From positions 1 to 64,000 of the IMG/VR virus record IMGVR_UViG_3300042154_002686: a stretch of 64,000 nt of DNA; one strand, given 5' to 3'. Position 1 is the stretch's first letter; each line of letters begins with the position of its first letter. The stretch is from a virus. Position numbers and translations under genes: made by a program. Below the pieces are notes generated by a model, which made no database searches, had not been told where the DNA came from, and saw nothing but the letters and a program-made list of their open reading frames with translations. This document shows, piece by piece, positions 18,198-28,096 of the stretch.

Positions 18198-20456
18198 TTA
18201 TTGTATAGATTTTCCGACAAGTTTTGTCCCATCGCTTCCCATTCCCCAACCTTGAGAGCCCTTCATGTATTGAGGAACAACATCGAACGAGCCAGTACCC
18301 TTGACTTCTTCGTATATCTTCTTGAGATAGTCACGGCTTTCCTTGGCGACCTCAAGGGGGTTGTTTACCATGGCGATACCGCCACCCATGCCCTTCTTGG
18401 CGGCATCGGATGAGACATAGTTAAATTGCATAGCCATGAGGCTATCCATTTCCTTGGCTGACTCGAACATCAAGTCTTGGATGGAGTTCTTGAGGGCAAT
18501 GGCCGCAGGGCCAGTGCCACCCAAGTATTCCTTTTCACGCATTGGGTCTTTTGCAAGGTCTGCGAGTTTCGCCTGTTCTCTCTTGAGTTTATCAACAGAG
18601 TTTCTGAATACGACATTCTGCTGGTCAATCGCACTGACACCACGCATCTTCATTCCGAACAGGTCTCTGCCCTGCTGGGATTCAATTGCCTTATTGGTTC
18701 TGTTGATTGCCGCAAGTCGCTCTTCGTTTGCACCCTGTTTAATGAGGTTGTCGAGTTCCCTCTTCTTTGCCTGTAAGTTTATTTCAGCATCCCTTTGTGC
18801 GTTTATGAGTGCAAGTTTCTTTTGTCTGCTTTCAGCATCGCCCTTATCGATGAACTCCGCAAGGTCTTTCTGAGCATTTGTAAGTTCTTTTTCTGCAATC
18901 AAAACACCACTCTTCCATCTATCCCAAGCATCAATGCTTGCTGTAAATTCCCTTACGCCCTGTTCTCTTAACTTCTTTTGTTGTCCAAGGTCAATTTCTG
19001 TTTGTGCAAGAGTCTTTAAGGTTGGTTCTGGCTTCTTTTTGTCAGACTTTTCCTTAAACTTATTATCTTCAAAGACTGCGTCTGGATAGTATTCTTTTAT
19101 GTATAGCAATCTTTTCTTGTGTTCTTCGTCAATTCTCTGTATCTCTGCTTCCATGCTACGCTGTGTAGTCAAAGCCCTTTGCACTGCTTTGTCCGCTCTG
19201 AAAATGTCTCTTTCTTTGGCCCCCTCTGCTATCAATCTTTTCCTATTTTCAAATGCCTCTCCAACTTCTCTAGCGGCACTAGCCCTGTTTGCAATAATAT
19301 TGGCTTTTATCTTCTGGTCTTCAGCCTCATCATCATTAGCCGTATCTAGCCTGTTTTTCTTCCAGCCAGCATTTATTGCAACTTGCTTTCCGTTTTCATA
19401 CATGGTGTTAAGTCCACCACGAACCCCATCAGCCGCCTTAGCCATAGCCATGGCACTGTCAGCCATTGCCTTGTCTGTTTTTGTCTTGTATTCCTTGTCG
19501 GCATACGCTTCTTTCTCCTCAGTTTCTTTATCTAATGCCGCTTGGTCTCTTGTAAAGTCCTCAGAAGTGTAGCCACTTCCGGGGGTAATCGCTTTTACTG
19601 CGTTCTTTGCTGTGACTGCCATCCATGTTGCTGAATAACCGATTTGTCTAAACACTCTTTGTCCAATTGTTCCAATTCTTTCAAGAACAAAACCAAGTCC
19701 GTGAAACACGACAAGGACCGTTGAAACAATGAACTCAACAAGTCCAGCAAGAATACCCATGATGGGCGTTAATGCATTGCCAAGCGTCTTTAATCTTTCT
19801 CCAATTCTGTCCCAAGACTTGGATATGTTTTCGTTGTTCTTTGTGGCCTCATCATTGTATGCATGAGACTCATCTTTCATCTTTTGAATTTCTTCAGCAG
19901 ACTTCTTTACGATAACACTTACGGACTGCCATTCACCTTTGTATATGGCTTTTAAGGCAATATCTCTGTCTGTCTCGTTTGACATTGCTCTAATTGCATC
20001 AACGATTCTCCAGAATCCGTCTCCAGTTCTTGCAGATAAATCTATTAATTGACCTTGCTCTATCCCGAGTTTTTTCATCATCCATGTTGCTTCACCCCCA
20101 GGATTTATAACGCCTTCCAAGAAAGAATCTCTTAATGTATTAAGTGCAGAAGAGAGTCCGTTTATGCCAAGGCCGCTCTGAAGTGCAACATATCTCAACT
20201 CTCCAAGTTGAGCAATTGGAATGTTGAATTTTGTTGAAGTTGTTACGATTTCACGAGATTCCTTAATCAACTCTTGTGCCGACTTAACTACAGCATCAAT
20301 TCCCTTCTTTGCCAATGTGAAAAGGTTAAAGTTTTGAATAAATCCTTTCTTGAAATTATCAGTAACGGATTTAAATGCACCGCCAAGAGTTCCCAATGAT
20401 GTTGCCGCACCATTGTCTCTTAAACTCAGAAATCCCGTCCATCCTCCCCTTGCCAT
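18198..20456 (-). CDS. tail tape measure protein
   Basis: 752 aa, helical, central hydrophobic segment, follows tube and chaperone genes. Confidence 0.8.
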   Translation of the reverse strand: MARGGWTGFLSLRDNGAATSLGTLGGAFKSVTDNFKKGFIQNFNLFTLAKKGIDAVVKSAQELIKESREIVTTSTKFNIPIAQLGELRYVALQSGLGINGLSSALNTLRDSFLEGVINPGGEATWMMKKLGIEQGQLIDLSARTGDGFWRIVDAIRAMSNETDRDIALKAIYKGEWQSVSVIVKKSAEEIQKMKDESHAYNDEATKNNENISKSWDRIGERLKTLGNALTPIMGILAGLVEFIVSTVLVVFHGLGFVLERIGTIGQRVFRQIGYSATWMAVTAKNAVKAITPGSGYTSEDFTRDQAALDKETEEKEAYADKEYKTKTDKAMADSAMAMAKAADGVRGGLNTMYENGKQVAINAGWKKNRLDTANDDEAEDQKIKANIIANRASAAREVGEAFENRKRLIAEGAKERDIFRADKAVQRALTTQRSMEAEIQRIDEEHKKRLLYIKEYYPDAVFEDNKFKEKSDKKKPEPTLKTLAQTEIDLGQQKKLREQGVREFTASIDAWDRWKSGVLIAEKELTNAQKDLAEFIDKGDAESRQKKLALINAQRDAEINLQAKKRELDNLIKQGANEERLAAINRTNKAIESQQGRDLFGMKMRGVSAIDQQNVVFRNSVDKLKREQAKLADLAKDPMREKEYLGGTGPAAIALKNSIQDLMFESAKEMDSLMAMQFNYVSSDAAKKGMGGGIAMVNNPLEVAKESRDYLKKIYEEVKGTGSFDVVPQYMKGSQGWGMGSDGTKLVGKSIQ

Positions 20457-21073
20457 TATTTCATACCCCCCGATTCTCTTGCAATTCTTTCAATCTCTTC
20501 AATACGCTTCTTGTCTTCTTCCGTATTGTCCTCTTCCTCGGTTGTAATTATCTTAATGTCGGTTCCTTCTTGTGCGGAGTATGCAATTGAATACCATATT
20601 GCCCTGCAATATGGCATGTTCCATGCCTCCTCCTCTGAAAAGTTAAACTTTGTCATAAGGAGCACAACCAGTGAAAGGCTTGGGGGTATTCCCCCTCCAG
20701 TTGTTTTGCTTGTTTGGTTAATGTCACCGTCTTGCTTTACCCACACCTTGGGTATTGACATTGACTCTGACATATAAAGTTTAAATCCTTCAAATGCTTC
20801 CTGTAAAGCATCTATGCTTATATAAAGATAGTTAAACTTTATCTTTTCATAAAAAGATGGCTCATCAACTGCTTCCTGCCAAGTTTTTGTTGAACAGATT
20901 CTTATGGCACAAACTAAGTCATCCAAGTGTGGGGCTTGTGTTCCTCCTCCAAGAAGTGGTGACTTGATAGCCTCAAGCACAAGCATGTGGCGACAGCAAA
21001 ATGCGTCAAGCCACACACCTGCAACTCGGTGTTTCTTTGGGGTAAGAAACGCTGTTAAGTATCTATTGTCCAC
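20456..21073 (-). CDS. tail assembly chaperone
   Basis: between tube and TMP; EEAWNMPYCRAIW motif. Confidence 0.6.
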   Translation of the reverse strand: MDNRYLTAFLTPKKHRVAGVWLDAFCCRHMLVLEAIKSPLLGGGTQAPHLDDLVCAIRICSTKTWQEAVDEPSFYEKIKFNYLYISIDALQEAFEGFKLYMSESMSIPKVWVKQDGDINQTSKTTGGGIPPSLSLVVLLMTKFNFSEEEAWNMPYCRAIWYSIAYSAQEGTDIKIITTEEEDNTEEDKKRIEEIERIARESGGMK

Positions 21074-21096
21074 GGCATTTTTTAGCCGTTATTCAA

Positions 21097-21531
21097 TTAA
21101 GAATTCGGGGCAATTGCCGCAATACCCTCGTATGCTGTGGCTTTTATGTCTAACTTAACAAAATCCTTTGAGCCAGCGGACATTGAAATGTCCGTGATGA
21201 CGGCCTTGTCTCCGTTGCAAACAAGAATGTCTCCAACCTTATTGGAGAAGTTTGGAGAAGTGCTACTGGGAGCCTTGATTCTTCCGCTAAGTGAAATGTC
21301 GGCACGGGCATCCGACATACGAACGCCAACAACAATTCCGTTTTGGTCAACAATTTCTTCAGTTGAGGCAAACTTAATACTTCTTGAGTAAGAATCAACA
21401 AGGATTCCTGTAACATTCAAGAGAGTGTCCTTTAAGTCTTCAATGCCATACTTGAGGATTGTTCCGTGCGTAACAACGCTCGGGTTAATCGCATCAATGC
21501 GTGGAGGGTTTGTTGTGAAATTGTCTGGCAT
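21097..21531 (-). CDS. major tail tube protein
   Basis: 144 aa beta-rich; position in tail module. Confidence 0.6.
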   Translation of the reverse strand: MPDNFTTNPPRIDAINPSVVTHGTILKYGIEDLKDTLLNVTGILVDSYSRSIKFASTEEIVDQNGIVVGVRMSDARADISLSGRIKAPSSTSPNFSNKVGDILVCNGDKAVITDISMSAGSKDFVKLDIKATAYEGIAAIAPNS

Positions 21532-21540
21532 GGTCGTCTA

Positions 21541-21663
21541 TTACTTCTTGAATGAATCAACGGCCTTGGTTACTGCGGCAACCTTGGACGAGTTGGCGTT
21601 CTTGATGCCAGCAACGAAGCCAGCAATACCTCCGACGATAAATGAAATAAGTGCGAGGACCAT
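21541..21663 (-). CDS. 40-aa single-TM peptide
   Basis: MVLALISFIVGGIAGFVAGIKNANSSKVAAVTKAVDSFKK, preceded by the late motif. Confidence 0.55.
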   Translation of the reverse strand: MVLALISFIVGGIAGFVAGIKNANSSKVAAVTKAVDSFKK

Positions 21664-21690
21664 ATGCGTTGGTTGGCTGTCAACTTTAAG

Positions 21691-22122
21691 TTAAGTGGTA
21701 AACGGGCTATAGTGACAGGTTACCCTGTATGATATAACCGTTCCCGTTTTTCTATCTGCTATCTCTTCTGATGTATCTCTGTATGCAGTTCCGTAAAGAT
21801 ACAAATACTCAATTGTAGACTTTGTTCTTGTAATCTTTTCATTCATTTTTCTCAAGCACTTGTCTACAATGTCTCTGTGCTGGTTTACATTCACCTCGTC
21901 AAGATTAGTTAATATAACCAAGTCCAAATCTACATCAAAGTTGACCATATTGTCTGGATGGTCTATTGCTAGTGCCACATTGTTGGCACTTAGTATAACG
22001 CAGGGAAGGATTCTCTCCTCATGTCTCGATGCCTCAAACAGGTTTACGGCAATCGGCCAGCCAGTAAACTCTTCTGCAAGTCTTGTCTTGAAGTTCCATT
22101 CTACCGCTCTTTTAACGCTCAT
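21691..22122 (-). CDS. tail terminator/completion protein
   Basis: size, position and ILPCVIL motif. Confidence 0.55.
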   Translation of the reverse strand: MSVKRAVEWNFKTRLAEEFTGWPIAVNLFEASRHEERILPCVILSANNVALAIDHPDNMVNFDVDLDLVILTNLDEVNVNQHRDIVDKCLRKMNEKITRTKSTIEYLYLYGTAYRDTSEEIADRKTGTVISYRVTCHYSPFTT

Positions 22123-22137
22123 ATCGTTGTAATTATG

Positions 22138-22968
22138 TCAATTTGGGGTATATCCAGTGTTTTTCATTGTCTGGTCCCAGAGCAAAGGAAACTCGGTGTC
22201 CAAAAATGCATACCTTAAATTAAGAGCCGCCTTTACTGCCTGTGAGTTCATGTGCCCACCAATGTTGGCATATTCGTTATAATATGTATATGTTATCTCG
22301 CCTTCATTTTCAGTAATATACGCTGTTCCGACTCCGCTGTTTTGCAACCAGATATCACTCCATATCTTAGCAGTTCCAGCCCTTGGCTTGTTTCCAAGTA
22401 TCTTTGCGGCCTTAAGCCAGCCACCAGCCATCAGTCCAACTCTTGAGAATATTGACTTATTCTTTTTTACTGTATTTATTGAATTCCACTTTCTAATATA
22501 GATTGGCTTCTTTCCTCTGCCTTTGCGTGATTTCCACTTGTAGAGCAATTCAAGGTCAGCAGTGTCAGCAACCTCGACTGGAGCAAGGCCGTCTGGTTGA
22601 ATATTGTGTGGCGACCCTCTGAATAAAGCCTCAAGCCTGACCCAGTCTTTTTGATTATATAATTGATTTATGTGCGGACTGAATCCCTTGAATTTATACG
22701 CATCAGCAGATGCGTAGTCCTTGTCGAATAGCCAGTTAGCCAGTGTTCTTGCTCTAATTGACTTAAATGCACTATTTACGGTTTTCGTTTGGTCTTTAAT
22801 TGCCTTGTCATACGAACTGGCCGCATTGGGATATGAAGCCCCAATAAGGTCATGGCACATGCTAACAGAGTGCTCCCTTAAGAAAATATGACCAAGTCTT
22901 CTAAACTCCCTTATGGTTTCAACAGGGACTGGGTAGAAAGCCTCTACTCTGACCGTTGATTGTGCCAT
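22138..22968 (-). CDS. neck/tail completion protein
   Basis: RVGLMAGGWLKAA motif; position. Confidence 0.55.
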   Translation of the reverse strand: MAQSTVRVEAFYPVPVETIREFRRLGHIFLREHSVSMCHDLIGASYPNAASSYDKAIKDQTKTVNSAFKSIRARTLANWLFDKDYASADAYKFKGFSPHINQLYNQKDWVRLEALFRGSPHNIQPDGLAPVEVADTADLELLYKWKSRKGRGKKPIYIRKWNSINTVKKNKSIFSRVGLMAGGWLKAAKILGNKPRAGTAKIWSDIWLQNSGVGTAYITENEGEITYTYYNEYANIGGHMNSQAVKAALNLRYAFLDTEFPLLWDQTMKNTGYTPN

Positions 22969-23288
22969 TACTGGTTAGAGGCGATGACATACACATCAAT
23001 CCAAGGGCTTGGAGGGCGTATGGTGGTCTGTTTGATTGTATACTTGGCTCCGTATATGGTCATAACCTCCCCGTTGACTGGAGGCGTTACAGCGTATGTA
23101 GAGCCAGCCACCGCCAGCAGTCTAACCCTGTATCCAGATGTGTAGACGAAACCGCCATCCTCAAGGTTCTGCTCAATGGGGTTTCTATCCACCAGTGCAA
23201 CTACATTTATGCCTCTGAATGTGATTGACCTTCCAAATTCACTTAAGAACTGGCTACCGTCTGCTGATATCTCATCCCATAAGGACAT
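22968..23288 (-). CDS. head-tail joining (head closure) protein
   Basis: FLSEFGRSITFRG...GEVMTIYGAKYTI, gpFII-like; start set at ATG 23288 after a hairpin. Confidence 0.65.
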   Translation of the reverse strand: MSLWDEISADGSQFLSEFGRSITFRGINVVALVDRNPIEQNLEDGGFVYTSGYRVRLLAVAGSTYAVTPPVNGEVMTIYGAKYTIKQTTIRPPSPWIDVYVIASNQ

Positions 23289-23337
23289 AAAAAAGGGTGG
23301 CGTTTCCGCCACCCCTTGTTTAGTGTCTACCTGCTAA

Positions 23338-25341
23338 TTAGATGCTCCTGTTATACCAGACAACACCGCCCATACCATCGTGCTTTCCGTATATTTCCTT
23401 CGATTCCCATCTTCGGAGACTCGTAGTATCTGTTGTTCTTTCTCTGTACACGCTGAAGAATCCTCCTGCGTTGTTCGGGATTGGCTTACCGTCATACGAC
23501 CAATATGCAATGGTTCCAGACTTGAACGAAACCTTATTGGGAGGAGAAGAGTAACATGTGGAAGCATTATTGTCTTCATCGTCATCCTCTGGGCATGGGT
23601 CAGTTGCGTTTACCTTTGGCCCATTAGAAATCTTTCTGTTTTTCCATCTTTGTCCCGTGGTTATCCCCTTTGTCGTAGCGGCAGTCACGGAGGCTCCAAT
23701 TTTCCATCCTGCGGCAACGCCATCAAGAGGGATTTGAACATGTCTATATCCGCTTCCGTTAATGCCATTCCCGTCAGAAGATGTGCAAACTGAGCCAACA
23801 AATCTTCCTGCATTAGTCGTGCGGTATTCTCCCTTTGGGGGATTATTGCACTCAGTTTCTGGGAATTCTGGCTCTTCGTAGTTCGTGTCGCCAGACCTTG
23901 AGCCATCCCACTCAGACTCTTGACCCTCTGGGTCTTCTCCAGTTGAGCCAGAGTTTGTAGACTCTACTCTGATTGTAAATCCACCAGTTGAGTTAGCAGT
24001 CATAATCAGCAAGGCATCTTCGCTTCCTTCTAAATACTTAGAACCCATGAAATCTCCGTCTTGATACTTGAATTCAGTTCTTGGGGGAGTGAATGCAGTA
24101 CCGCAATATCCATCATGGATTTCGTCTTGAACGGTCACTGTAGCGGCATACATGTACTCCCCCCACTGTGGGTCTGTTCCAATTGTCATTTGGTCGTCCG
24201 TTTCTACCGTGTTAATGATTATTCCAGCCTTCGTGCAACCAGTTACTGGGTCAATATCTGGGTCTTCTGGTTCTGGGTTTTGGTCCTTTGCCTCTCTGTA
24301 AATGTCTCCTTGGAGGTCTGGTCCAGCAGTTTTGTACCAATATTGTTCATCCTCGTACACAACGGTTCCAAGTGGAAGATACTCATTTCTTGTTCTTTCC
24401 TCTTCCGAGCATTCACCGTCTGCAACTATTTCAACATATTCATCTCCAACCGTAACCTCCATGCTTGCTAAGTGACTTCCGTAGCCACTAAGAGCCTTCT
24501 TGATTGGACTCGTGGATACTTGACTATAAAAATAGCCATCTGGGTCGCAGTTTGTGTTGGGATTGAAAGGTCTGCTTGTATACCAGCCTTCACCGTCTGA
24601 AAGATATTCCGTTTCGCCCTTAACTAAAATAGAAACTCCTGCATTAACCCAAAGGGTGAATTCGGTTTGAGTTGGTGGATTAAACTGCGTACCGTCATAA
24701 GTCTTTCTGACAGTCTTAAGGCCAAGCGTAACAGTGTCTCCTTCAATTACAGTTGTAATTGGCTCTGGAGGCATGTCCTCGTACTCGTCCTTGTCGGGCC
24801 ACAGTTTTGTAATAACTGGAGTTTGGAACAATCCAGCACCATCGTGCTTGATGATGATTCTTTTGTTTGAAAAAGTTATGTCAGCCGCAACAGTGTTTAT
24901 CTGATTGTATTCCCATCCAATAAACTTTCTAACCTTATTGAATGAAGTGTCGTAAACTTCATACAACTTTTCTCCAATTACAAAATATCCAGTTTGAACA
25001 GTTTCAATTACTTTAAATGCTGACTCAACCGTAAACTGCGTTGCCTTTAGAACTTCTTCCTTGACGGTCGTTGGCGTTCCTGTTGCCCCAGCGATAGTTG
25101 GGGTTTGAACTGGCTGTGCGATTAATTGCTTTTCGACATTTTGGACAAGCGGCTGTTCGTTGTTACCAGCAAACTTTGTTGGGATTGGACGCTCAAAGTA
25201 GTACGCACGAAAGCCATCTTCAAGTGCTTTCTTGTAGTACTTTTCGGCAAGGGCTTTTTCATAAAAAGCCTTTGTCATATTAACAGTTTGTCCGCCTTCC
25301 GTGACGGTAATGATTACGATAGAATAGTCTGGATAAGGCAC
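23338..25341 (-). CDS. putative virion surface protein with acidic Cys/Gly repeats
   Basis: N-terminal domain shared with neighbours; ADGEC/HDGYCG/SDGEG repeats; GTG start 25341. Confidence 0.65.
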   Translation of the reverse strand: MPYPDYSIVIITVTEGGQTVNMTKAFYEKALAEKYYKKALEDGFRAYYFERPIPTKFAGNNEQPLVQNVEKQLIAQPVQTPTIAGATGTPTTVKEEVLKATQFTVESAFKVIETVQTGYFVIGEKLYEVYDTSFNKVRKFIGWEYNQINTVAADITFSNKRIIIKHDGAGLFQTPVITKLWPDKDEYEDMPPEPITTVIEGDTVTLGLKTVRKTYDGTQFNPPTQTEFTLWVNAGVSILVKGETEYLSDGEGWYTSRPFNPNTNCDPDGYFYSQVSTSPIKKALSGYGSHLASMEVTVGDEYVEIVADGECSEEERTRNEYLPLGTVVYEDEQYWYKTAGPDLQGDIYREAKDQNPEPEDPDIDPVTGCTKAGIIINTVETDDQMTIGTDPQWGEYMYAATVTVQDEIHDGYCGTAFTPPRTEFKYQDGDFMGSKYLEGSEDALLIMTANSTGGFTIRVESTNSGSTGEDPEGQESEWDGSRSGDTNYEEPEFPETECNNPPKGEYRTTNAGRFVGSVCTSSDGNGINGSGYRHVQIPLDGVAAGWKIGASVTAATTKGITTGQRWKNRKISNGPKVNATDPCPEDDDEDNNASTCYSSPPNKVSFKSGTIAYWSYDGKPIPNNAGGFFSVYRERTTDTTSLRRWESKEIYGKHDGMGGVVWYNRSI

Positions 25342-25361
25342 ACTATGGCCCTCTGTCAACT

Positions 25362-25670
25362 TTATTCTAAATCCGCAATACCTTCAGAAACCCTTGAAGG
25401 CTTCTTTATGGCCTTAGCGGCCTTAACATCCTGCTCGTCAACCACGGGTGCATTACCGCCCCCTGTGGATTCTGTTAATTGCTTTCTTGACTCTTCAGAC
25501 CTGCAACGCTTGTCCGCCCGTGGCGACATAAACAGGTAAGCCTCAATCCCGTCCGCTCTGGCCTTAACAAATGCATCGATTCCCCTTTGTGCGTTTAACT
25601 TGTCGTAAACCGTTGAGGACGGAGTTCCGTCCTTTTTGATGGTGATTAAGATGGAAAATTTTCTCTTCAT
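25362..25670 (-). CDS. small head-accessory protein (shared domain family)
   Basis: FSILITI...ARADGIEAYLFMSP. Confidence 0.65.
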   Translation of the reverse strand: MKRKFSILITIKKDGTPSSTVYDKLNAQRGIDAFVKARADGIEAYLFMSPRADKRCRSEESRKQLTESTGGGNAPVVDEQDVKAAKAIKKPSRVSEGIADLE

Positions 25671-25708
25671 ATGTTTTATGATGTGGGTGATTTTGTGTAT
25701 GTCAAGCG

Positions 25709-25915
25709 TTAAGTTGCTGGGTATGGCTGTGTACTATTCGTAGTGTGTTTTGTTGGATTTGGCTTTTCGTAAAGAAAAACACGCTTTCCAGCATTCAACC
25801 CAGACATGTATGCACGATTTGCTTCCAGAGTCGATTGGTAAATCTTAGTTTCAGCCGTAGTAACTCCATTTACTGTTGTCTCAACAATAACGATTGAATA
25901 AAAGGGATAAGCCAT
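25709..25915 (-). CDS. small head-accessory protein (shared domain family)
   Basis: YSIVIVE...GLNAGKRVFLYEKP. Confidence 0.65.
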   Translation of the reverse strand: MAYPFYSIVIVETTVNGVTTAETKIYQSTLEANRAYMSGLNAGKRVFLYEKPNPTKHTTNSTQPYPAT

Positions 25916-25944
25916 TTAGCCTTGAAGATTGTCAACTAAAACAA

Positions 25945-25972
25945 AAAACCCCCATTTCTGGGGGTCTTGTTT
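25945..25972 (-). terminator. intrinsic terminator after major capsid gene
   Basis: ACCCCCA-TTTC-TGGGGGT hairpin with A-tract on plus strand. Confidence 0.7.
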
Positions 25973-25989
25973 TGCTAATCTTCTTAAGA

Positions 25990-26925
25990 TTAAGAAGCGA
26001 TAATCTTGGCGAGCGTTCCGACAGAACCCTTCTGAACTCCGTACAGGATGCTCATTGAGAGTTTCTGCTTGCCCGAATCACCGTCATACCATTCACGGAC
26101 TTGGACGGTGAGGCCAGACTTTTCGTCTGTGGCCGAGGCGACATTGCCGTACCAGTTGGTGGGCAGAGCGGGCTGGCGAGTAGCGATGATGATGGACTCT
26201 GATGTGCAAGCGATGCCCTTCATGTTGGCAACAGCACCAGAGGGGAAGGCCGCATACTGATTGACTTCAAAGCCGTGGATGCGAGGCAGAAGATTTTCAG
26301 TAAGAGGAGCGTTAGTACCCGAAGCATACTGCTGTTGGATAGCAGGGTCAGTAGCCAGAGAGGAGTAGAGCGAAGGCTTGACGATAAGGATTCGTCCCTG
26401 TTGAGGAACATATCGGTTCGTGAAGGCTTCCGAGATGCGAGCAACGGCATCGGCATCGAATGCAAGAGCATCGCCATCGTAGACATAACCACGGTTACCA
26501 ACAGGACCAGCGGTCAGTTCTGGGTAGTTGGTTTCATTGACGAGGGCAAAGATATCGTCAAGGACGGCCTTGGAGACGGCCCAAGCGGCAGGACGGATGA
26601 AGGTTCTGCGGAGAACTTCATAACCACCGAGAGCGACTTCGCCATCAGAGAAGCCCATCACGAAACCCTTATGCTTGTTCAGCGTGATTTGGCGGGCTTC
26701 GGATGTAACATCGCTAACAGCATAGCCGTCAGCACCAATGTCGGTAATCGACTCCACACGGGAGGCGATACGGGTCGTGACGGTTTCGCCACGGGTAGCG
26801 ATTTCGCCACCAAAGTTCGTAGTGAACTTCGAGATTAAAGGGAATTCGGCAAGAAGCGTTGTAAGCGAGTCTTGGGCGATGAGATTGAGGTTAATACCCC
26901 CGATTGAGTTGTCTCCAAATGGCAT
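25990..26925 (-). CDS. major capsid protein (HK97 fold)
   Basis: 311 aa; RGETVTTRI, ITLNKHK, LLPRIHGFEV, SILYGV motifs; follows scaffold. Confidence 0.85.
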   Translation of the reverse strand: MPFGDNSIGGINLNLIAQDSLTTLLAEFPLISKFTTNFGGEIATRGETVTTRIASRVESITDIGADGYAVSDVTSEARQITLNKHKGFVMGFSDGEVALGGYEVLRRTFIRPAAWAVSKAVLDDIFALVNETNYPELTAGPVGNRGYVYDGDALAFDADAVARISEAFTNRYVPQQGRILIVKPSLYSSLATDPAIQQQYASGTNAPLTENLLPRIHGFEVNQYAAFPSGAVANMKGIACTSESIIIATRQPALPTNWYGNVASATDEKSGLTVQVREWYDGDSGKQKLSMSILYGVQKGSVGTLAKIIAS

Positions 26926-26978
26926 AATTTATTGTTATATATTAAGGTTCCTTTTTGGAGGCTGTCAACCGTATCAAA

Positions 26979-27008
26979 CAAAAGAGCCCCTTTCGGGGCT
27001 CTGTTTTT
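26979..27008 (-). terminator. intrinsic terminator
   Basis: AGAGCCCC-TTTC-GGGGCTCT hairpin. Confidence 0.7.
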
Positions 27009-27011
27009 GGC

Positions 27012-28028
27012 TTATTTACCGCCTTGGTTTTTTCTGCGTTCCTTAATCTGTCGCATAACCTCTGCCGCCCTGTCCTGTGTTTCCTTCTTCTTTCTGTCCG
27101 CTTCCTGTCTCTGTTGGGCGATTTCTCTATCAATTCTTTCGCCCTGTTGGCGTAACTTTTCCCGAGCGGACTCTAACTGTCTTTCTGCCGCATCCTCTTC
27201 CCTTTTGTTTCGCTTTGGAGCCTTTGGAGCCTTTTCTCTCTTTTCAACACGCTTCTTTGTACGCTGTGCGGTTGAGTCGTTTGTGCTTCTGCGAGCCTTG
27301 GGCGTAGCCTTCTTTGGAGTCGTCTTCTTCTTGGCAACAGGAGCCTTGCGTCTAGCCTTGGGCTTATTAGCCTTCTTTGCTCTCAACTTTGCGGCATTAT
27401 CTCTTGCCGTCTGTCTGGCCTTTTTAAGTTTCTTATTGGTAGCCGCAGTCTTCTTCTTGGATTCCGCTCTACGCTTTGCGTAAGCCGCTTGCTTCTTGCT
27501 GACTAAAGGCTTGCCTTGCAAGACCTTCTGCTTGTTGCGATTGGCAACCCGAGCACCTCTGGCAGTGCCATCCGAAGGGGTGTTGAAGGAAGCAGGAATG
27601 ACAACACGCTTGCCACCCTTACGAGCACCACCACTGGAGACTTCGTCATCATTGTATCTGCGAACCGTTCCTCCCTTAAGTTTTTGGCCTTCTTGGTAAG
27701 GACCATAGTCAGAAAACTGCTGAACCCCAGGTTTCATCGTGCCTCTGCGTGTTCCGAGAAGTTCGTCTCTATTGTCTTCAGTAACCTTTGTTCTGGTGAT
27801 TGAGCCGTCTTCGTTCTGAACGGCAATGATATCTCCGTTCTTAACATACTCTTCGGCTTCTCCGTATCCAATTTCGCCAGTTTCCTTACCTGCCGTGCCG
27901 AAGTTCGACTCACCAGTGTAAAGCATTCCAGCCTTGCCTTGGCGACGAAGTTCTGCGTTATACGCACGGGCTTTGCCCGCAGGGGTTAGCGAGCCGTCAG
28001 CCGCTTTATAGAATGTTCTTCCTGCCAT
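27012..28028 (-). CDS. basic protein with histone-H1-like K/R/A-rich C-terminal half
   Basis: KKTTPKKATPKARR-type low-complexity region. Confidence 0.7.
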   Translation of the reverse strand: MAGRTFYKAADGSLTPAGKARAYNAELRRQGKAGMLYTGESNFGTAGKETGEIGYGEAEEYVKNGDIIAVQNEDGSITRTKVTEDNRDELLGTRRGTMKPGVQQFSDYGPYQEGQKLKGGTVRRYNDDEVSSGGARKGGKRVVIPASFNTPSDGTARGARVANRNKQKVLQGKPLVSKKQAAYAKRRAESKKKTAATNKKLKKARQTARDNAAKLRAKKANKPKARRKAPVAKKKTTPKKATPKARRSTNDSTAQRTKKRVEKREKAPKAPKRNKREEDAAERQLESAREKLRQQGERIDREIAQQRQEADRKKKETQDRAAEVMRQIKERRKNQGGK

Positions 28029-28096
28029 GTTTTTGTTGTATTATAGTTGGGTTGTGCCATGAATATGCATGGCTCATCCCGCTTGTCAAGCGGTAA

